Made by a program: the position numbers and the translations under genes. The notes under the pieces are model-generated. The model did no database searches and was not told the DNA's origin. It saw only the letters and a list, made by a program, of their open reading frames with translations. DNA of 33,232 nt from Choristocarpus tenellus KU-1152 (Eukaryota > Protista > Phaeophyceae), in the NCBI GenBank assembly GCA_964200185.2, contig CAXNAD020000066.1:1-33232 (forward strand). Reading direction: 5' to 3'. Below, piece after piece: positions 23,581-33,232 of this stretch. Numbering within the stretch: the first letter of the stretch is position 1; every line of letters starts with the position of its first letter.

Positions 23581-26500
23581 TCTGGATGCTGATAAGGAAA
23601 GAGAGGTAGTCCTCTCGGACTGGTTAGAAGAAAGTCTCCTAGACCACTATGTGCAGAGGGATAAAACACCTTCCATGGGGCTGGAGCTAGTTAATTTAAG
23701 CGGACAACAACCGGAAGAGCATCGACAGGGGGACCAGGACGACTACAGCAGCGCTCCATTCCGATTTCACCTCCTTGTTCAGGTGATAATGGCGAGCTTG
23801 GGCAGTAGCATCGTCAATATGTCGTCCCTCTCGGTTTCATGTCGCATGTAGTGGCTAATATCCCTTCCGTATTTGCATTGCAGCACGTATGGAGTGAGCT
23901 GACTAAGGATGATCAACTTGCTTACCTGGGCCCCGTGGGGCAGGCCAAGGTCAAGCGGGTTTTAAGTGTCCTGGCGGCGTATGGGGCACTCCGTGAGCAC
24001 CCACAACAGTCAGGTGTTGCCAGCCCCCAAAAGGTAACACAGACTACTCCTACATGCGCGCATGCATGCGTCGGAATGTTGAATTTATTGCTTCTCGGGC
24101 GTTGTTTCCGGAATTGATGCCATGGAGTTGAATTCTGCGGCTGTTTTTCTGACCTACATATATCCTTTCTTGTCTGATCAGGCCTTCTCTGAGATGGATA
24201 TTGATTCGGATGGCCAAGTAACATTTGAGGAATTTGTGCAGTGGTATAGCAAAAGTGACTCCCATGAACGGCAGAGATCAGAGGTTCAAGCTTCTGCACT
24301 CGTGTCTGGGAGAGCCCTTTCGAGTGACGTTGGACAAAATATTGAGGAAGCACAAAGTTACCCAGGCAGTGAGCAGGGTGAAGGTGACATCAGTGGAGAT
24401 GGGGTGAAATTGAGAACAGGGTGGGGAAGTCAGGGCTCTTCAAACATGGTATTGGTGTCTGATTATGCTGCATATACAGGGGATCGAGGTGAGGCAAGGA
24501 AAATGACCGCTATGGAGGAAGACACTATAAGGGAGCGATGGCTGGCAGAAGAACTTGCTGAGGATGTCAACACACCAAGTGCCGAACAACCTTGGAGCTC
24601 AATGGCAAATGGCTTAAAGCAAATATTGGAAGTCGCGCATGGGGTGGAGGAGAGGACAATGACTGCTGAGGAGAGATGCTCAATCAGGGAGCAGTGGCTG
24701 GCAGAAGAGTTTGATGAGGGTGTGTGCACACCCATAAGCATTGAGCAGCCACAGATTTCAACCTCCCATGACTTAAAGCAGGGTTTGGAAGTCATGCAAA
24801 GCAGTAAGGAGAGATCAATGACACATGAGGAGAAAAACGTTTTAAGGGAGCGATGGCTGGCAGGAGACCTTGCTGAGAATGTCTACACACCCAGTGTTGA
24901 GCAACCCAGGAACTCAGCCTCCAGTGACTTGAAACAGGCGTTGGAAATTGTGCAGATACTTGTCAAGGCCCATGCTGACTCTGACACCATCATTGCAGCG
25001 CTTGCCAGCTCAATCATCCGGAACCCTCTAGGGAGGTAATGTTTGATACATTGAGAAATTGGCCGCTTTGTCTGCTGAAATGAGGTCACTTCTCAATGAG
25101 GTTGCTAAAATGGTTTGTGTATTCTTTCACTCAAATGGACAGAATATTCCTTGGCGTTTTTCATGCCAGGTACAACCTTGGGGTCATAGAAGAACAGTTT
25201 GGACCCATCATTCGAGGAATTGTTGAGGACCGACTTGTGCTGGAGCGATTACCTGAGCCCCCGTCATCTTCTTCCTTTGTTACTCTTCAAAAGGTTTGAA
25301 ACCAAGGGGGTTCTACCAATGCACTTAAATATCCACAACATTAGAGCAGTGGTTTGATATTTTGTGTGCAATACAACATTACACATTCCACAAATTTCTG
25401 TTCCTTTCCCACCAACAGTCACATCAGTACAAACTTGACACATTTTCGCCCAAGTATTATTGTATGTTTCTCTTCTCAGTGATGTATTTCCATTCATTCC
25501 CTGTTGCATTTTTCAGGCTAAGGGGATGCGTCCTCTTCTTGACATGGATGATCATGATGCAAAGCTCCTGCGAGAGTTCTTGGTGAGGCGAATAACCATC
25601 TCCTTGTGAGAACTTGTGAGAATATTGATTTATGAGTTTATGAGGCATTCATACACACAATTATGGCATTTTAATCCTGTTCTGTACATGGTATTTATGT
25701 CTGTATGTGGAACTCTGTTGAGTTCAACAGTCTTAACTATTTTGATAACACAATCCTACCCGTAACTATCACTCGATACCAGACTCATGAAAGTTGGAAT
25801 TTGACATAGCAGAAGCTGCACATGGTGTTGACTGGGATATTGGTACAAGGTTGGCGTTTGAGATACTTAGTACAAACTGTTTGCTGCTATGACAGGTGCA
25901 CTCCTCAAAGGATGCCCGGGCAGTGGTGGTTCATATGGCTGACCTTGTGTATCGTCTCAGACTGCCTAGTGATACACCAATTTACCACCGACAAAATCTT
26001 GCCATTGAAGCTCTTCAGGTGAATCAGCAGTGCCTGCTGCTTTCATGCTCTCAATTTCTAGTCAGGATTGTGTTTGTATGTGAATCGCATTCAAGTTTGC
26101 ATTTATCGGAACCTTGAGGATTTTAATTGGTTTTGTTGTATCATTTTTTTCTCTGAAATCTGTAAACTCAACAGCCTGACCCTGAGCAAGACAATGTTGT
26201 GTTGTGTTTCTCAAGGCTTAGACCATTGATTCTGTAGCAACAATACAAACCAGATCCTACATTGGTGAACATTTGAGAGGTGTTGCTCTTTGTCTTCATT
26301 CTACTAACAGTGTTGATGTTGAGCCCTGTGGTAAGCTTCACAAGCAAGACATACTCTGACGGACCAAAACTCAATGCACTCAGATCTATGTACCAGTTTC
26401 CAACGCACTAGGCCTGGGGTCAAGCTTCTGTGAGCTGGAGGAGTTGGGATATCGCACTCTCTTCCCACAGACATACAGAATGCTCTCTGTATGGCATCAA

Positions 26501-28524
26501 AGGGTGACACAAAAAAATGATTTTTGATTGTTACTATTAGCATTACACCTATTTTGGCAGTTAAGGTCAAGCTCCATCACACTTGCATCTTTGTGTACTT
26601 TGACAAACTACAATGTAACTTGCACAGTCACTTTTGTACAGGTTGGGCGTCAGGGGCATGTCATTGTTGCACAAGTAAAGGAGGATATCCTCAGGGCTCT
26701 CAACTGTAGGCAAGACTTGTCATGCCATGTTCAAGGCTACGACATCCAGGGGCGCACCAAGGGACTTGTCAGCACCTTCCGAAAGGTATTATGTGTGTTA
26801 AGCTTGATCTGTGTGTATGCAGAGTATGTACCTGTGCGTTTTGGAGTCACAAAGGTTTGGGTCTCCATGGTTGCGTGTAACAGTGCTGAATGCTTGGCCT
26901 TAGGGGGTTGAGATGAAGTATGTCATATGATTTGAGATGAAGTATGTCATGTGGTTTGAGATGAAGTATGTCATGTGAATTGGTCACAACAAGAACAAAA
27001 GGTATTTTGTCTTTGCATTTTTTTTTGTCTAAAAGGTCTTCCGTCAGAATAAGCGTGCCGATGAAGTGCATGATTTGGTCGGTCTACGCATAGTGGTGAC
27101 ACCCAGTATTCCACAGAGGGAGGCAGAGGACGTTAAGCCACCTGTAGCAGGGAGTGAGAAAAGGATTAAGTTGGCTACAGTGAGCAGTGATAGTGCTTGT
27201 ACCCCAAGCTTAAGGGATGACAACAGATCAGGCGAGCATGGAGAATGGGAGGGCATTTGTGAGACAACTGAACTCAGCAGAATTGGGGAGGTCAGCAGAG
27301 ATGTCATTTGTGTGGAGGCTGGTAAGGTGTTCAGTTCAAGTACATATCCACCTCCATACCTTGATTCAGACAGCTGCCTGCTTCATGATGTGTACCATGT
27401 TGTAACAAGTCTCTTCAGTGAGGTGCCCGGGCGTTACAAGGTAAGTTGTGACTCTCATTGAAGAAACATACTATTCTGGTGAGCTTTGTCATTGCCCCTG
27501 CTGGAAGAGGTTTGATGTTGGCATTGTTCTGCTCAATAAAGCTGTACAAGGAAGTGGATAACTACTGATTCGTTGAGACTCCAAAGTGTACCAAGCACCA
27601 TGTTGCCCTAGGTTTTAAGTCTTGAGTGGCGGTACCAACAATGGATGATGTACACCAACCTCGCCTGTACATTCTACCGACATCCTCTTGTCCCTCAAAC
27701 AGAGTTATAAGAAGGATCTCTTACACCAAAATGTCACACCAGTGTTCTTCAAGAACTACAAAAATTCAACAGGTTGCCAAGTTCTGTAAAGTGACTATTT
27801 AGATATTGTATATATATTCGACAGGAGTCCTGCGCTGTTGACATTGATAGCCCAATAAATGTTCCACATGCTCATTATCATACCAATTTACTGAACCATG
27901 ACATACAAACCGTCTCTGCCCCAATCTGGTACTGTTTACCATATCTCATGCATTCACTCAGTTCCTGGTCCTTGCTGTTTGAACACTGAGACATCGAAGA
28001 ACTGAGCTATCAGATAGACTCCAGTGTATGGAATGCATTAGGTCAATTAGCAATTGGTTGTACAACCCATACTTGAAGCGGTGACTGCTTAAGTGCACTT
28101 GAACGGACTGTGACTTCTGAACCTTGTCCCTAATTCTGGTGCAGAACTATGTTGACTTTCCCAAGCGAAATGGTTATCGGAGCTTGCACACAACAGTTAG
28201 TCACCCTGATGGACTCATGATTGAAGTACAGGTGGGTCCTGTGTTGGACAGACTCCCAAACTGGGTATAGTTGACCGTATCTTCTGTGTCAGGTGGTCAT
28301 CAATCTCAGCTTGCTTGTACCTTTGCAGAGCCTTCAGTGACTGGGTACCTACATTTTTTTTTTCATTACAGATTCGCACAAAGAGTATGCACATGGAAGC
28401 AGAAAATGGAGCTGCTGCACACTCTCTGTACAAAGGAGCGCTTCAAGATCCAACAGATGCCCTCGCATTCCGCTCAAAAATGCAGAGCCAGCCACCACTG
28501 TCTACGACAAGGAACACCAGTTGA
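23312..28524 (+). CDS. RSH: RelA/SpoT homologue, (p)ppGpp synthetase, predicted plastid-targeted, with EF-hand and degenerate HD domain (~898 aa)
   Basis: Eleven phase-consistent GT-AG exons: 23312-23782, 23884-24033, 24182-25035, 25170-25293, 25517-25582, 25896-26018, 26384-26503, 26642-26785, 27036-27440, 28145-28231, 28372-28524 (2,697 nt). Motifs: 'IEEQFGPIIRGIVE', 'KDARAVVVHMAD', 'AIEALQIYVPVSNALGL...ELEELGYRTLFP', 'GRTKGLVSTFRK', 'EVHDLVGLRIVV', 'VPGRYKNYVDFPKRNGYRSLHTTV', 'EVQIRTKSMHMEAENGAAAHSLYK'. Confidence 0.93.
24197..24232 (+). other. Canonical 12-residue EF-hand Ca2+-binding loop within the RSH
   Basis: AFSEM-DIDSDGQVTFEE-FVQWY: D1, D3, D5, G6, hydrophobic 8, T9, E12, with flanking helix Phe residues. 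Confidence 0.88.
24503..24960 (+). repeat. Three in-frame tandem repeats (156/159 bp; 52-53 aa) in RSH exon 3
   Basis: Units start at ATG 24503, 24659 and 24818. Consensus MTxxE+xxIRE(R/Q)WLAE(E/D)LxExVxTPSxEQPxxSxxxDLKQxLEVxQ. Confidence 0.9.
26908..26979. repeat. 24-bp tandem repeat x3 in RSH intron 8
   Basis: TTGAGATGAAGTATGTCATRTG-- repeated three times head to tail. Confidence 0.9.
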
Positions 28525-29499
28525 AGCATTTAAACAACACCAAGAGGCATACCATAGCTGTATGCCCACATTAATTGTTGTAGTGCAACATGCCATGTCC
28601 AAAACAACTGATATAGACTAGAGGCAGTTGGAGGGGGATGCTCCAGCAGGATAATTTATGTTACCTGCAGGTACAGGGTGCCACAAGGAAATGCCCCATA
28701 TATAATGTAAATAATAAGTTGAAACACATTGGTCTTTAAGGAGTATGAGCTTCTTTAAGGTAGGTAGACATCCTACATTGTGAAATAGCAGTTTTCCTCC
28801 TTTTTATAGTTGTACAAGATTTTAAATCTTAAGCCAAAGGCAATCCATCCACAACGCACTATAAATCAATATTTGTCCAGGTTTAAAGACTTACTTTAGG
28901 ACCACAGTTCCTTGCAACCATTGTTAAGCACAAGTGTATTTCCCCCCATAGTTTGAAATAGGCCAGGTGATTGGCAGCATGGTATAATGGCAATAAAATC
29001 CTTCTAATAAAATATACAAGACAATTTCAATAGTCTTCTCTCATCATACCACCTGCTAGCCATCACTTTTTTGCAAGGAAGTATCATTTCACACATTTTC
29101 CCTTGTAGTTTGTGGGTGCACAGACTAAAAAAATGCGTCATGTTTTTGAGTCACTGTGATTCAATGAATCAGGAGAAGATTAGAAGATTTTTTTTTTTCT
29201 GCCTCTTGTTGCTTGAACCACATTAGCAAGGTCATTACAAGTTGTAAACACTACCGTGAGTTCATGAACCATGTATATGCATGCTGAGCACAGTGGGGGT
29301 AAGTACCTACTAAATTTGACATTGATCCATCTTCCGGGTATGCTCTCCTGGCTGAGGAAGAAGTGGTATAGAAGGCAAAGGGTCAGATTAAGACGAAGAG
29401 GTTGACATGAACCCAGTTGGGGTGATGACTGACCAGCAGAAAGTAAAGTGTGTGAAGGTGTGGAAAAAGTAAAAGCCTGTTTGATTTAAGGCTGGCATA

Positions 29500-30750
29500 T
29501 GGTACATCTTTAGATTGTGCAGGAGGGGAAGGATGTCCTGTGTCATCTAACATATGTAGTTGTGTGCTCAATCTGTGTGAATGACTTTTTAAGTCAAAAT
29601 CAAGTTGGGAGATTGAAAGGCAACAATCAAAGCAAGATTACACCTCTAGAGATTCAAACTTGGGCACAGAGGAACTCTTTGCAGTTGAAGAGTTCTGTGA
29701 ATGAGGATGTAGATTCTGCGTTGGGTGGTCAGTGGGATGTGGACTTATTATTCAAGGCCATGCCAGCAAAGTGGACCACACCTTTCTGTCACTTTATATG
29801 TTGGACAAGGAGTTACTTTTGGAAAGATGGTCTTACATCTCAGCCTTTTCGGATCTTGGGGTACCTACCTTCATTTTCACTAAGATTCTCATGTGTCATG
29901 CATGTTGACACATATGCAACAATATGTCAGTCAAATCATCTCCTTTTCCATCTGGAATGTGTAAGGGAAGCTAGAGGATGCAATACAAGCCTGCAACACC
30001 TTCATAACCACCATCCCTGAAAGGGCGGAAGTGGAAATTGTTGTATGCAATTTTGCTAGTGTGATGTTGACTGATTTGAGAACTCAATTGGCACAGGGAA
30101 GAATATTGTATAGGACTCCATGTGTGACCACAGGCTTGTAAGAGGATCCAAGTGGAGGTGGTTTTTGGCTACTCTACGTACATACCAGCACCAAAATCCT
30201 TCATAGGATTCCAGATGGCAAGGAGAAGACACTTGGAGGCAGGTGGAATTGGAAGTTGTAGTTAATCTGGAGTGTAGAGCACAGGAGGTGGAGGCAGGTC
30301 CTGGGATGGAGCCTAGCCCACACTCACACACTACCCATCTTGAGAGGGGGCAGCCCTCCCATAATATCGTAAATACCTTGTAAGAGTTTCCCTTCCAATG
30401 TGCCGGTGGAGAATACCACTGGTGCTTGTGGGGTGGTGGAACATATGGTGAAAGAGCACATGGAAGAGCCAGTACTTGTGGAAGTGTCTGGAATGAGGCT
30501 CACAATAATTAATCCTTGTGGTAGAGCTTACAACAACCCATTCAAGTGGTGGCAGGAAAGGAATTCATACTTCCTGCCCATGTCCATACTTGCCTGATGC
30601 AATCTACTTACTTCAGTCACACAGGTAGGTTTGGAGTACACAGAGAATGCATGTTCTCAATAGCTATCTGGGAATATCACGGCACCAAATAGGACAAGCT
30701 GGACACAGATGATATGCAGCTCCTTGCCTTCCTGTGCAACGCCTGGCTGA
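29500..30750 (+). mobile_element. hAT-superfamily transposase relic
   Basis: C-terminal dimerisation-domain pattern across frames: 'NPFKWWQERNSYFLPMSILA*...ECMFSIA..ITAPNRTS.DTDDMQLLAFLCNAW' (~30535-30747). Upstream 'KAMPAKWTTPF' resembles the hAT 'DVxTRWNSTF' motif. TIRs and 8-bp TSD not identified; left boundary approximate. Confidence 0.72.
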
Positions 30751-32492
30751 ATTTGGATGCATGGGAGATTGCCAAGAAGCGCAAAATAGCAGCTACAAAG
30801 TGAAGGTCTCAGTAGTGGTAGTCAATAGTACCAGTAGTACTGTGCAGCTGCAAATACACAAATATCTGGAAGCAGTCGTAACAAATACCACACTTAAAAT
30901 TCTCCAACAATCCTTTTGACTCTTCAGCCAGCTGTTCTTCTGTAAAATAAACTGAAAAAATCTCCTAGACATAGACATGACATCCAAGTGTATCTCGTGG
31001 TGGGAAAACAGCATGCAGATCAAGTACATGGAATATATTTATGTATGTATATATATGCATCTGTGAATTGGGTGGGCTGTGTCAGAGGGTGTCTATGCCT
31101 GCCTGCTCAGAAACAAATGACCTATTACAGTTAAATGTACATGTGTAACTGTGGGAGCTTCTGTGAGTATCTTTGACTTTCCATGTGCCTACACTTGGGA
31201 ATTCTAAACTAATGGAGGCATCAATCAACCAATCAATCAGGGAGTACATCAATCAATCAGAGAGCAGTACCCTACCAAAATACAGAAAAAAAAGGTTGCC
31301 AAATGAGGTACATGTACAAGGGAAAGGGGAGGATGATAATAATTATAAGTTCCCTTTGTTTATGTGGTACCTACCATCATCTTCTACTACACCGCAGTGA
31401 TTGCTCCCTACTAACAACCTCTGGGGTCAACCTTCCTTTTTTTCCCAGCAAATACTACTTCAAGGTCTTACTTCAAGGTCTTACTAGAGTAGGTCTTGCT
31501 GGAGTATGTATCTATGTCCGGTCCTGTGTAGCTGTTGTGCAGATACCCAAAAGTTGCTACTACTTCCGTGAACAAAGAGAAATAGAACTAGCAAGTGTGT
31601 TGATTTTTCTTAGATTGTGTGTTCAACGGGTAATTGATCATACTACATACCACACTATGATCCTTTGCTGTTGAAAGTAAAACATACATGGTGGGTAAAT
31701 GGTGGGAAAATTGTAACATATACTTCATGTGATCATCTTCCCACTAATCTTCGTCTTGCTATGTGGTGCATACGTTTCATTCATTGTTTCATAGAAAAAG
31801 ATATTGCAAGATTACTCATTTGTCATGTATGCAACATTTTCACATATGTAGCACAAAATGCCCTTTTCATTAATCAGCAATGTTTGGCACAGGGTTTCCA
31901 ACACAGTGAAAGAGCCACTGCAAAGATATAAGATGATCAATTCGGATAGCAAACATCATTGAAGATAGGATGTTTTCATTCGTGGTGTTGTAAATAGAAA
32001 GCTTCTCGATGTGAGTTAAATTTGCTTAGGAGATGAGCTACTCATACTCATCGGTGATCCAGATGGCCTCATTCTGAGGGTACTTTAAACTCACAATTCG
32101 GCAATGAAGTATTTTGGAGTACATAAAGGTTCTATCTCCTCAAGAGTGTAGTCAATGTCATCTTTGGGTAAGTGCTACAGGTATTGCAACACCTCAAGGA
32201 TTGGTGGTGTACGACTAGAACCCCATTTTGTAAATTTCGAAAATGGCCCTGTTTGGTCAAATCTTACTTGTACATAATCAACAACAAAGGAAGTGTTGCA
32301 CCACTTCAATATTGTGTTACAAGATATTCATATATTAAAACGTATCGTGGGTTAATGTAACATGCACAGTTCAAATTTGTATGCAGCATCCACTCTCGCC
32401 TTCAACTCAATGTTTTTCGTATCAGCACTCAAGAATTGATCCCTTTTCCTTGGCTATGTGGAGGTCCTTGTGCAAATATTTATATTTATTGC

Positions 32493-32678
32493 TTCTTCCA
32501 TGTTTCCACTCTAAACTAGCAGTATCCTTCCTTGAGTACTTGAAAGGCATGTTGATGTTGGTTCATTGAGCAGTCCCTGTAATGAACTCATTCATCTCTT
32601 GTTTGTGCTATTAGATAAGAATCTATTTTTCTTTAGAAGCAGTCCATACTTTCACGTACAAGAGAAAACACATACCAA
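32493..32678. repeat. ~186-bp dispersed direct repeat, copy 2 (copy 1 at 17231-17417)
   Basis: Direct alignment by eye with 17231-17417. Confidence 0.9.
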
Positions 32679-33068
32679 GGTGAAGCACATGTTTACAGTA
32701 TTCTTTCCCCAGGCACACAATAATATTAACAGATGTTACATTCAAGTGATGCGACTTGACTGGTTTATTTTTTGAGTACTAAGCTCAGGGTATTTGCGTA
32801 TCAACAGATACACATAAAACCATCCTGAACAGCAAAGAGAGTAGAGTACTCAGTTTAGGATTTATTCATGTATACCCACATATTTCTCATGCTTTATCGA
32901 TTTCTACAACATTTGGTATTACTGTTACACCTTTAACAACACTTCAGGGTGAATGTTTAGTAGGACTATGAGTAGGGTTCATTACATTCCAGAAATAGAA
33001 GATAGAATTTCCACATCCAAACTCCACAAATTGGCTTAAGGTTGACAGGCTCTAACCCTAAACACATA

Positions 33069-33232
33069 CTTCCTATGTTCGGAATTAAATGTAACATAAC
33101 TCTTGCAACCTCCATCCTCACCTGGAAACGACGGCCCACATGATAAACCCTCTGGACAAGGTTTAGTTCTCATACACATTAGGAAGCAGCCAAAGTTGAT
33201 CATGGGCTGTCTTGACTGTGGAGGATCACCAG
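33069..33232 (+). mobile_element. Left end of another copy of the 18788-20545 mariner, truncated by the window edge
   Basis: Preceded by TA (33067-33068). Matches 18788-18948 except for about two substitutions and a 3-bp indel; the upstream flanks differ. Confidence 0.9.

Noticed and set aside
23312-28524. Bacterial contaminant or recent HGT origin of the relA/spoT gene
   Set aside because: It has ten spliceosomal introns and a presequence; nuclear-encoded plastid RSHs are normal in algae.

Overview
Intron-rich eukaryotic nuclear DNA. It is most likely from a photosynthetic stramenopile (ochrophyte, brown-alga-like); this is inferred from a bipartite plastid-targeting presequence, GT-AG introns and plant/oomycete-type mariners. 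Contents: (1) the 5' ~1,440 codons of a GCN1 gene on the minus strand (7 exons, running off the left edge); (2) a head-to-head hypothetical gene at ~6.9-8.0 kb; (3) a ~13 kb block (8.3-21 kb) that appears to be a decayed multi-exon gene on the minus strand, carrying two degenerate DD39D-type mariners and several short tandem repeats; (4) a Ty3/Gypsy integrase-chromodomain relic; (5) an intact 11-exon, ~898-aa RelA/SpoT homologue (RSH) with a predicted plastid presequence, a canonical EF-hand loop and three ~52-aa repeats in the N-terminal part of a hydrolase-dead HD domain, an intact-looking synthetase domain, and no TGS/ACT tail; (6) a hAT transposase relic, a second copy of one pseudogene exon, and a near-identical copy of a mariner end at the right edge. 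CpG is strongly depleted except around the two promoters, suggesting a methylated genome. The most interesting item is the RSH architecture, a candidate Ca2+-regulated plastid ppGpp synthase built differently from land-plant CRSH. All gene models are manual and were not checked against databases.
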